The notes under the pieces were generated by a model. The model was not told the DNA's origin. It saw only the letters and a list, made by a program, of their open reading frames with translations, and made no database searches. DNA of 61,823 nt, the filler included, from Dugesia japonica (lineage: Eukaryota), in NCBI GenBank assembly GCA_001938525.1. It is 6 parts of 6 records of this genome, joined end to end, with 100 filler letters (N's around TTAATTAATTAA, not from the genome) between each part and the next. Parts side by side here need not be neighbours in the genome. Positions count along the whole stretch, not along the records: positions 42,014 to 52,659 come from MQRL01647310.1; positions 52,760 to 61,823 come from MQRL01642627.1; 4 more parts are not named here. One strand, given 5' to 3'. Both the position numbers and the translations under genes were made by a program. Each line of letters starts with the position of its first letter. Position 1 is the stretch's first letter. Shown in pieces: positions 50,526-61,823 of the stretch.

Positions 50526-52600
50526 TACGGCCCACAATTTACCGCGGCGCGCGGAAATTCGCGCCACGCCTCGGAATTTGCTGATTTCACAACCGCACCG
50601 CAGAATTTTGTAATTCAACATTTTAATTATGTAATATGTGTAATAAATTTAGTGATCACTGATCATATAAAAAATTATTAAAATATTGTTTTAGTTTAAT
50701 ATCAATCTATATATAAATTGGAAATTTCTATTTAATCATTAAATATCAATTTCTAGTTGTGATTATTAATTATGTAAGTCTCATTGTTATGTTATCAATG
50801 TTTCATGAAAGTAATTTTTTAATAATATTTAATATATTTTGAAACATTTTGTAAATTTTTGAAAGTTTCTGATTTAATTAACTTCTAATTTTTGAATATA
50901 ATATATATTAAAATTGTATAATTGTTGAAATTGTTTTCGGTATAACTGTTAAAATAAATTATTATTAATTGTTAAAATAGATTATTATACGTTTCTAATA
51001 TTAATAATTCAGTATGACAATGAACAAGCAACGTAATAAAACTGCAGTGAATATTGGTCCGGTTAAAGAATTTGGACAGGATCAATTCTACGCTGATCGT
51101 TGTTTTCTGTGGTGTAAGACCTGCAATGAATTAGTTGATTATATTAGACGACATAATATCACTGATAATCTGGGGACAAAAAAGCATACAGTGCGTGCAA
51201 ACAAAGAACAGCGCGATGACACGAATGACTCTACAAACACCAAACGGCAAAGTACTATCACAGGATTTATTGAATGATCAAGCCATGCAACTGCTGCAAA
51301 GATATTTTAGTTATGGAATTGGTCGAAGCATTTATAGCAACCAATATACCTCTGGAGAAACTTGACAACCCTATATTGCGTAGTTTCATACAGAAGAATG
51401 TAAAGGGCGGTGGTTGAATAGGGCAAGCAATTACGCTTAGGAATTATATGTTCAAAGAATTTACAAACAACATCGCGCTAATATAATAGCAAAATACCAA
51501 CATAGCACAGGTAGTTATCTAAACTACAATTGAGGTGAATATGAACTTCAATGAGATTTTGGGATTTGTCACGGATAATGCAGCTTATATGAAAATTTTT
51601 TTCCAGCACCATTTGTGAGTAATATTGCCAAATGCCGTTCATATAACATGTTGGGCGCATATTTTGTCATTAGTTGGAGTAGAGTTTCGCGAAGCACTTG
51701 AACTTTCTGATATGCTGGCTGCCTCTGTCAATGCCATCTTCTGTAAAGCACCAAGACACCGTGCTAGATATCTTCATCATCTGTGAAAAATGAATGTTGA
51801 AAAGGCAACCATGTCGCCGACTCCAATAATCACTAGATGGAACTCTTGGTTCGAGGCCGTGAAGTATCACGCCTAATATCTTGACCTTTATATATCATTG
51901 ATTGTTGCTGAAATCGAACACAGTGGAGCTACAATACAGTAAAATAAACTGTCAGCCTTTCTGCAAAGCACTGATACATTGAACGAGCTTAGAGCTGAAC
52001 TTGAATTTGTATGTGTTCACTGACAGCCAATTATGAGCTATCTGAATTCTTTTGAGACAAAGTCATTCATGGCTGTCGATATTTTCAACAAAGTTTCTGA
52101 CTTACTGTCTTTTCTGAAATCCTCCAAATTTCCCCTTGCAACTAGCAGCTGTGAAGATGCAATGCACAATGCTGCTACTAAACTTACAGAACATGTTTAT
52201 GGAACCAAACAGCCAGCAATAAATTTATTTAGATTTGTCAAAATATTTGATTCAGGATAACTACCACTCTTATCAAAGAATTTTGCAGAATATGTACAAT
52301 TAATTCCAAAAATGATAAATGTAGCGGATGAATGCAAGTTTATTAAGACATAATCGTGTGAAGTAATCCATGCTAATATCAATGATTTTTGGCGTGTTTT
52401 AGAAGTCAGATTGCCTCACATATATTGCTAACGTATACATAGCGTTGCCGATCTCTTCTGTTGATGTTGAACGCTCATTATCGAAATATGGATCGGTACT
52501 GCCGCCACTAAGGTATTCTCTGTCACAGCAAAAACCTAAGAGCATACAATGCCATTTTCTTTAAAAATAAATACTTATTGCAATAATTTTTTCATTTAAA
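50526..52600 (+). mobile_element. CGGBP1-related hAT-superfamily transposon, near full-length but pseudogenised
   Basis: GC-rich terminus (50526-50605). LWCKTCNELVDYIRRHNITDNLGTKKH, FIATNIPLEKLDNPILRSFIQKNVKGGG, FVTDNAAYM..HITCWAHILSL, ITRWNSWF, PISSVDVERSLSKY. Confidence 0.85.
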
Positions 52601-52659
52601 TTGATTTGAGTTTTTTTGCATTTAATTATATTTCACTGTGAAATTATTACTAATAATTT

Positions 52660-52759
52660 NNNNNNNNNNNNNNNNNNNNNNNNNNNNNNNNNNNNNNNNN
52701 NNNTTAATTAATTAANNNNNNNNNNNNNNNNNNNNNNNNNNNNNNNNNNNNNNNNNNNN
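52660..52759. other. Artificial scaffold-joining spacer
   Basis: 44N-TTAATTAATTAA-44N. Confidence 0.95.
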
Positions 52760-52979
52760 TCTATCTCTCTATCTCTCTCTCTCTATCTATCTAACAGTAA
52801 AAATTTGATCGATTAATTATGAAATAAATTTTATTAATTAATTTATATTAAAACAATTATAAGACAGGCAAAAAATATTAATTATTTTATTACAGATTTT
52901 TTCTTAATGAATTTCTTTTTAATTATAGATAATTATTAGATGATATTTTAATTAAAATTCTTAATTTCTAATGATTCAG

Positions 52980-55900
52980 TGTGGATATATGGGCTTCTCA
53001 CAGTAACATTAAACAATGTTTTGGCTGTTCTTGGCATATTTTTCATTCCACTTATTAAAAAGAAAATATATGATTCGGTTATGACTTTCATGGTATCCTT
53101 AGCCATAGGTGCATTGGCTGGTACTAGTATTCTAATCCTCATTCCTGACGTAATAATATTAATATTAAGTATATAATATTAAATGAAAATTTCTTTTTTA
53201 ATGAACATTAGTCAATGCAAATTTCGGAGATCGTTTTGAAAGCTAAATTCGAGAAGAATGATTACAAATGGAAGGCCACTGTAGTATTTTTGGGTTTATA
53301 TTTATTTTTCCTGACAGAACGATTACTAAAATCAATTACTGTTCAAAGAGTTATTACTTTTCAATAAAAAGTTCATTAAATATTCAACAATATTTAACTA
53401 GGATTCACCAAAATACTCTCACAACATTATGAAATTTGAAATAATGAAATTGACTAACGAGGAATTAAGGGAATCTTTATCACAAACTGAAGTTATTAAA
53501 ATGAAAATATTATTCAAATTAGTTAAATATCACAGAATATTTTAATGCAGCACAGAAGATCCTTGGACGGAAATGAAGAGATTGGGGGAAAAAATATTGA
53601 AAATGAAAGTAATAGAAAAGAAATCATTGAGAATGATAAGAAAAAAAAAGTATTATAATTGTTATAATTATTATTTTTATTATTATTATTTATTATCATT
53701 ATTGCTGATTATTATTATAATTAGTTAAATCAATATTTTCAAAGTTTTCCATAAAAATTTAATTAATTATTAATATTCGTTTTTGAAAAATCGATTCAAA
53801 AAATTAAACAAATATTTAACGCCTAGAAAAAATTCAAATTACTAAAANNNNNNNNNNNNNNNNNNNNNNNNNNNNNNNNNNNNNNNAAATAAAACTATTC
53901 AAAATGTCTAGATCGAAATTGTTTTATTTTCTATTTTTATAGACAGTTCAATATATCAGTATACTCTTCGTCAGAAAAAATCGTTAAATTAATTCTATTT
54001 CTAAAATCTTAATATAAACCTGATTCAAATTAATTTGATTCAAATCACTAATTATTGGTTAAGAAAATATATCATTAATTTAATTGAAAATGTTTTCGGT
54101 TAATTTGTGCAAGCACTACAATAAATTCTTTTACTTGCTAACCTAACTCCTAACTCATTAGTTTATTAAACGAAAATATCCGATTAATGTGATAATTGCT
54201 GCAAATTCAAAAAATATTCAAAGTTTTAAGATTTGTAATTATATTTATAATGACAATGAATTTATAAATCTAGCGTTAACTACTCGAATTGATCTTTTAT
54301 TATTTGAACTTTGTAGAAGAAATAAGAGGTTATTTAGAAAGGTTTTCTCTCATAAATTACATAAACTACATATGCTAGATAAATCAGATGTATTCATCGT
54401 TGAACTCAAATGCAATAAAAGTGAGATTACCACTTAAAAGCGAATTAAATTGTATTTAATGAAAACTAAATAAAAATTATTTTAATAATCATTTAATACG
54501 TTCCCGCACAATTTGTTTTACAAGATCATGCCTATAAACACTATTTTAATTAATGTTTAATGCTGTCATATGAAATAAAAATCGAACACAAAATTAACTT
54601 AAATGTTATCCAGGCTGTTACATAATTTTGTTGAATGTCTCTGTTCTCCTAAATAATGTTATTTTTTAATAATAAAATGATGTATGTCGGCTATAGACGT
54701 CATTTGTTTATATGTCACCAAAAATCTATGGAAAACTGCATAGTTTATTTATTGATATTTGTTTAATTTATAAAAATTGGTGCCTGAATTCTTCTAAATT
54801 TCATTGAATCGAATATTTTAGCGAAAATTTAATATTTCAACTATGGTTACGAAAAGGTTATTTTAAAATATTTCTCATCAAATCTATAATATATTTTAGA
54901 ATTTCTTAAATTAATAAATTGTTATTTAAATTTCCATAAATTTGTTCTTGCTATTTTTAATTATTTCAAATGTTTTATTAATTTGTGTCTTTTCTCTGAT
55001 AGCATTTTCATCGATGAACAAATTTTTAAACAAATACGTGGTCTTGCAATGGGTAACAATTTATTTCCTATTCTGGTGATAACTTTTNNNNNNNNNNNNN
55101 NNNNNNNNNNNNNNNNNNNNNNNNNNNNNNNNNNNNNNNNNNNNNNNNNNNNNNNNNNNNNNNNNNNNNNNNNNNNNNNNNNNNNNNNNNNNNNNNNNNN
55201 NNNNNNNNNNNNNNNNNNNNNNNNNNNNNNNNNNNNNNNNNNNNNNNNNNAAAAAAAACCTGGTGAAATATTAACTTCTCAATTATATATGCAACCATTT
55301 CACAGTTGACATATATTACCTGGTGTAGTAATACTGCCATAAGGCAGAAAATTGGCATAATTAAAGGTGGAAGAATTCGACTCTATCTGTAAATTGAAAA
55401 ATGAAATTGATTTCTCTTAAGTTGATAAAAAATTTAATTTCTTAAACACGCTATCTAAATGAAATTATGTCAAAATGTTTATCATAGAATACAAAATATA
55501 ATGAAATCAAACCAAAAACAAATACAGTTATTAAGCTACCTTTGGTTATTGAGAAATATAACTGAATCATGCAAAATTTAATCAAAAAATCTAAACTCAG
55601 ACACAACCCAAGAATAATATTCAGAACGCAAGCATCTTTTGAAATTTTGTGGTCTCAAATGCATTTTGTATTTGTAGAAATATATGCAATAATAAAATTT
55701 CACCTATAAAATAACATGTAAATTATATGTGAAACATGCAGAACCATCTGAACATGAGCTAAGGAACATCTCAAACAAAAAGAAAGTGAATTCTTCAAGC
55801 AATTTCAATATAAACACAAGATTTCACCAAACAACATCACATAACATGGAAAACACTAGGAACAGGCTACATTTCTACACTACATAGAAAAAACATGAAG

Positions 55901-58900
55901 AATTACTTATTAAAGAAGATAAGCCTAAAATCAATGTAATTTTTCTAATAATTAAATAAATTAATCAATTATAATTTAATTATATAAAGTAAATATCAAA
56001 AGTTTTCTATTTTAATTAATATATCTTTAATAAATCAGAAAGTTAATTCCTGAAGAAGACAATTGTCAAAAATTCGAATTACTGACAACAATTAAAAATA
56101 TATAAATATAAATTAAAAAAAGCAATATATTTTAAAAAGCTTTTTAATTTATTAAAACTTTAAAAATGCGATAAATGGTTAAGTCACACAATTATTCTCG
56201 CCATAATTGTAATTGAAAAACGTCTTTCCATTAACAATACTTAATTCCATTTATGGCAGGTGGTTTTTTCCAATAAATGATTTTGCATATTTATTTTATT
56301 CTGTGACAATTAATACTTCAATAACATAATTTTTTATGTAAAGGTGATTGCTCCAGTTGCTTGGATGATTGTTTTTGGGGATTCCTTGCATAACTTAGTG
56401 GATGGAATGTCTATTGGAGCCGGATTTTCTCAGAGTATAATGCTGGGCGTTAGCATTTCAATGGCTGTGTTATGTGAAGAATTACCTCATGAATTAGGTA
56501 GATTTAATATATGAGTTAACTCTATTCGATTATATTCTAATAGTAAGTGAAACCTCAACATTGTAACAAAGACATTTTCCCATTGACTCTCTAGAGTTGA
56601 TTGTTTCAATTTGTTGATTTTATCGTAAACTGAGCATTTTTATAGGTTATACTTTATGCAAAGTATGGACAACGTTTATTTCCCTATCGAATGGTCCAGG
56701 TTTCAAAATGATATCTTTAAAATTTAAGACTTTATAGTTTTTAAATTTTAAATTCTAATTAGTACTTGATTGTTTTGTTGAACTAAAAGGTTAGCCACAT
56801 TTCTTATATCCAAATGTATTTTTAAATGATGATAATATAATTTGCGTCCCTGATTCATTGAAACTTTAAAATAATTTTTATTATATATAATAATCTTAAA
56901 ATATTTTTATTTTATACTTAAAATTAATAAAAACAGAGAAACAAAATAGATAGTTTTCCAATATAAACAGAATTTTAATCTAACATACACACACCAATAA
57001 CATATTTTCTTTCTAGATTTTATTAATAAATACAAAAAATATTAATAATAACTTTTGCTACTTTTAAATTAAATTAAAAACAAGATTTGTGAAATAAATG
57101 TCGCTATAACAAAACCTNTATATTTCGCTCATACGCGAATTATTCGAATACTTCGCCCGCATGAAATTCGTGGATAATACAGTAAACATTTAACCCCATC
57201 ATCTCATTCCGCCTCTAACAATACCAAATTTGTGGAAAGAAAAATGTTTCTTTCCTTTTAAAAATTAAATTAAAAATTTTTTTTTAAATTAATAATTAAA
57301 ATAAATAATTAAATGAAATATAAATATAAATAAAATAAAAAATAATTAAAACCAAAGTAAAAAATAAACGAATCTCATTAGTCAAAACTTTATTAAGTCT
57401 GATTGGTTGTCAGGGGAACAACGAACAATTTCCAACACACACATGTGGCAAATCTCATTGGTTATAATTTCTCCCAATCTAATTGGCTGCCGAAAGAGAA
57501 GAGTTGAAAAATGTTTTTGTTCGAGTGCTGACGTTTTTACTTACTTTTGACAAAGGAAATATTAATAAAACAATAGATTTACCGGGAAAAACTTATACCT
57601 CTTTTACTGAAGCCCATCCTTATGAAATTAAGACATGTATAGATCAGTAAATAAATGATTAATAATAAATGATTAATAAATTGCCTTCGTTTTATGAATT
57701 TAAATTTAAAAACCGTTAAATCTAGTTTTTAGTACAACAATATTTTTTATTTAAATTTCTTTTACCATCTTTAAAATTCTCTTTTTCTTTCAAAATAATT
57801 TCGTTTTTTAAAACTTAAAAATACAATTTATTTTTTATTCTATTAAAAAAATATTCTTTTATTATAACATTATTTTCTAAATNNNNNNNNNNNNNNNNNN
57901 NNNNNNNNNNNNNNNNNNNNNNNNNNNNNNNNNNNNNNNNNNNNNNNNNNNNNNNNNNNNNNNNNNNNNNNNNNNNNNNNNNNNNNNNNNNNNNNNNNNN
58001 NNNNNNNNNNNNNNNNNNNNNNNNNNNNNNNNNNNNNNNNNNNNNNNNNNNNNNNNNNNNNNNNNNNNNNNNNNNNNNAATTTAGTAAAAATTATCAACC
58101 ATCTTAATTTCATGCATTAAAACACATCAGCAATGTAGTGATTAGCGTTTTGGGATTTCATTCATCGCAATTATGAAAATGTAATTTTAATCATTGGCTT
58201 GAAAATATTTAAATTATTGAAATAAATTTAGGCGATTTTGCAGTTCTTCTTACATCTGGGATGTCAATTAAACAAGCAGTATTCTGGAATCTGATGTCTG
58301 CTATGACATGCTATTTGGGGTTCATCATCGGGGCTATAGTAGGAGAAATCAGTTCAGCTTCAGTGTGGATATTTGCAATTGCAGGAGGCATGTTTCTTTA
58401 CATTAGCTTAGTCGACATGGTAATTATTTCGTATTAATTTCAATTATCTTACGAAATCAATTGTTTAGTCTATTATTGGATTGTAACATAATTTTCCGTG
58501 ATTTTTGTAATAATAATTTAAAACATAATGTAATCTCCGTCATTACTTATGACGTGCTTCAACATTTTCATCTAGGATCAAAGAATTTGTTGAGTCGTTC
58601 TTTTTTATCATCCACATAGACATCATTTGGTTCGACATTAAATGGAAAAGAAGGAAATCAGTTTATGTCAGAGTTTGAAGAATACAAAAAGGGTGTTGAA
58701 GAATATCCTATTCGAGTTCTTTGAGGGTAGCATTGAAGTTTATTGCTGTGTGTACAGTGGTGTTATCTTGGAGTAGGATGACATTATACATAAATATATT
58801 TTATCTTTAGATTGTTGAAAATATTAATGATTGTGAAGAAATGATACAAAGCTTTATTTTCATGTTTCGCTGCTTTTCTTATTTGTTTACCTACTCAATT

Positions 58901-61315
58901 TTGTGTATTATCTAATATGACAAGCTTCACTTTCTTGAAATTTCAAAACGTTCCATTAATTCTTGTTCGTTCCGGTAAATTGAGAATCTTGTTGCGAATA
59001 TCGAATATTGTGATAAATGAAACTATAAACTTGAGATCAATCGAATTTATCTTTAATACAATCAATATACAATGCAGAGGTATAGCTAAAAAATGGTATC
59101 CTTTACACAAAAGGGCCAGTTTAAGGATTTTCTTAAAGAAATAGATAGCCAGTTTTCTGACCTACTTTTGCACAATAAAGTGCAATGGCTTTCCAGAGGT
59201 AACGTATTGCAACGTCTTGCTTTGTGTTTGAGAGAAAAAAATACATTTCTCAATGGAAAAAGAATTGAGCATCCCGAATTGGAAGAAGACAAACGGTTGC
59301 AAAAATTCAACTTTATGGTAGATCCCTCAATGAAACTAAATAAACGAAATCTAAAACTACAGGGCAAAGGCAACNCAACCTACGTCTTGCTTGATGTAGT
59401 TTGTTTTGAAAACAATTACTTATTTTTGTTGAAGACATGGATAGTAGTAAATTACTTCATTTTTAAAATCAATATCGCGATGAGACCAATGGAACAATTG
59501 ACAAGAATTACTTCAGCATAGTTTTAAAAAGATTAAGGATGGAATTGCTGAGAGATTCGGGCAATTTAAAACAAACAAAAGTACTCTCGCGTTCATAGTA
59601 AATCCCCTCAACACAAATACAAATGAAATCAACATTGAGCCATTTGAAATTGATCCTGGATGTATTCAGATGCAATCGCTAGATTTGAAAACTAAAGACT
59701 TGTGGAGTGGCAGGTGCACAAAACTCAAGAGCAAGTTGAAAGAGTTGAGATCTAGAAATACATGTACATCGTGCAGCATAAGTGGACAGCTCTTAAAGAG
59801 ATACCTTTAGTTAAGATTCTAATATTCGACGCATCGAGTAGTCTTTCAGAATGCTACAGTGAGGTGAAGTGCAGACGATTTTCTAGTAGAAGTATTTGTG
59901 CAAGCAAGAGTTCTCTTACATGAAATAATAAAAAGTAAAGTTAGAATTCAACTAACAAATAAAAATCTAGAGTCNTGCTTGAAACTTAAAACAACAAGTT
60001 ATAAGTCAGATTTGATCAAACGTTCAAAAGACATGGAAAACCGATGCTCCCATTTATGTAACTATTTATATATTTGTTTTTATTCCGTATATAAATCCGT
60101 TAATTTAAAATCGAAATTCTATATATATATATATATATATATATAAGTAAATACTATAATATTGAAACGAAATATTTTAGTGGCTCTTTAAAAAATGGGA
60201 AATTTTGTAAATTTTAACTTTTGGCTCTTGGGTTTCAATAGGTTGCCGCCCCTGATTTAGTGGTATCGAAAAACTACGTTATTAATAATAAATTATAAAG
60301 TAAAAAATTACATACAAATTTTAAATGTCTCTCATTTTTGCTTTTAAATTAGCATTTGTTCGCATATATATATAATAATAACGCAATTTTTAAAAGTTTT
60401 ATTAACAAGACATGTTTTGGAAAAATCTATAATCAAAATACATAAGCAGTTAATGTTATAAAATAAGAGAGTAAAGTGTTTATATACTGGGCAATAAAAC
60501 ATGTTACGTAATCAATCCAGTAAAACAAGATAAAAATACATTTAAAATCGGGTTATGAGACCCAATTCTTAAAGCCTCAAATATAACTTTTTAAAAATTA
60601 TTACCAATATCGCTTTTCAAAACTGTAAACTCTTCAATACTTATTTTACCATTTCAATTTTGGCAGCAATAAGCACCGTTCTATAAACCGAACCTTTTCT
60701 ACTCAATTGGATAAGCTCACTAGCACTTGTGTGAAGATTACGTGGCATCACATCTGTTTCAGTTAAATTTATAAACGAGGTTAGAGAGCAAACGTTTGGT
60801 ATAGTAGATTTGTTTACATCTATGGATATAAATTAAGGATCTCCTGAGCTCTATGGCTTTTAGGCGTCGCCTATTTATAGTTACGCCATCAATACAGTTT
60901 GATTTTCACTATAACGTGATTCAAAATTTCCGTAAAAATCGAGGAACATTTTTTGAAACTTACTTTTCAAATTTGGAACACGTCATTATCGTTAAGCGAG
61001 ATATTACTGTAAATAACAAATTAGTTGGAATAAATTTCAAAATGGAGATAATAAATTTTAATATTTAACAAAATTTTGCAAATCTAAATAAAATCGCTGT
61101 AAAACGGAAATATTGTATAAATATTACAAATATAAGTAGCATATAACAAATATTTATTTTAGATGAACACACTGATTGAAACAATTGATGATATGACAGG
61201 ACCATGGCGGCTCAAGGCTATGACTTTTATTCTTCAAAATCTGGGTTTATTTACCGGATATACAGTGATATTGATTTTATCATTGTATGGTGATAAAATT
61301 CAATTTGGTAGTTGA
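52980..61315 (+). CDS. SLC39A14: LIV-1 family ZIP metal transporter, ZIP8/ZIP14-like (5' part missing)
   Basis: Phase-consistent GT-AG exons: 52980-53149, 53212-53349, 53402-53491, 53551-53649, 56344-56497, 58232-58419, 61163-61315 (TGA). Motifs [67 protein letters not shown]. The symbol denotes the ZIP8/14 subgroup, not proven one-to-one orthology. Confidence 0.9.
54960..56100 (+). mobile_element. Penelope-like element 3' part (RT, GIY-YIG remnant, pLTR) in a ZIP intron
   Basis: [45 protein letters not shown], then a pLTR-type cctgaagaag motif. Confidence 0.82.
56042..56082 (+). ncRNA. Minimal Penelope-type hammerhead ribozyme, probably inactivated
   Basis: gttaattc-CTGAAGA-a-gacaattgtc-(A)AAA-at-TC-gaattac gives stem I, the core, palindromic stem II and a 4-nt palindromic stem III. 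The conserved GAAA reads AAAA. Confidence 0.6.
58520..58760 (-). mobile_element. Short hAT transposase scrap
   Basis: Minus strand [19 protein letters not shown] resembles the hAT pre-dimerisation region; weak. Confidence 0.35.
59040..60254 (+). mobile_element. hAT (SPIN/Charlie, GTF2IRD2-like) 3' half with TIR, in a ZIP intron
   Basis: [33 protein letters not shown]...NLKLQGK and [25 protein letters not shown]. Terminus aggttgccgcccctg. Confidence 0.9.
60600..60890 (-). mobile_element. Possible hAT 5' end remnant
   Basis: Minus strand begins atggcgtaacta (CAGTGGCGTAACTA-like TIR), with a decayed [11 protein letters not shown] zinc-finger-like stretch. Confidence 0.35.
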
Positions 61316-61823
61316 GCGAAATTCTTTCCAAAAATAGAAATTTAGACAAAACATTTTTGTGTGATTATTGAAAAATAATAATTTCGATGAACCAGAACTG
61401 TTTCGATTACACTTTAATAAATATCTTTCACTAATTACAAATCAAATGTAGAATTTTTCCCATTCGATTCTTTCTATATGTTAGGAAGTGGGTTTCCATA
61501 CCCATTATTAAAAATTATTTCTTTTTCTTAACCGGTAATTGAATACAATAATAATTTAACAAACAATAATACAGTTTAGCAATACAAAAATCTTACGTTC
61601 ATAAAATGAATAGAAATTCACTAAAAACTGATGAATTCTTGAATAAATAAAATTAACTATCACTGAAGTAATTCCAACGAAATATTTGCTAATAACTTGA
61701 TAACTTGTTTTTTTAAACACACTTCCAAAATTCTTTCAATATTTAAACAAAAGCAATTTTAAATAATAATTAACTCCTAATTTAAAATAATAATACTAAA
61801 ATTTAATTAATCATAACGCTTAT

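Noticed and set aside
57100-57645. Non-autonomous Helitron in a ZIP intron
   Set aside because: Hairpin-like and TC-start motifs exist but in inconsistent orientation, and there is no clear CTRR end.

Overview
Very AT-rich eukaryotic (animal) genomic DNA with short (50-62 bp) GT-AG introns. It is planarian/flatworm-like by inference only. The window is six unrelated scaffold pieces joined by five identical artificial 100-bp spacers (44N-TTAATTAATTAA-44N), so adjacency across spacers has no biological meaning. Host genes: an intronless TFIIH p62 (GTF2H1), the last two exons of a CEP95-like gene, and the 3' seven exons of a ZIP8/ZIP14-type (LIV-1) metal transporter. Most of the rest is decayed transposons: several hAT lineages (including a CGGBP1-like one), Merlin, Tc1, mariner, pogo, Helitron, Ty3/Gypsy, Penelope (one with a minimal hammerhead ribozyme), an R2-superfamily LINE, and Polinton/adintovirus remnants. 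The most notable region is 35.9-41.9 kb. It holds an endogenous Polinton/adintovirus block (PLA2X-integrase, packaging ATPase, cupiennin-like, penton, adenain). This abuts a second Polinton-type piece in which a divergent, now pseudogenised TATA-binding-protein-like gene lies head-to-head with a different packaging ATPase, across an 88-bp double-TATA spacer. All family assignments come from manual translation and motif recognition; no database searches were run.
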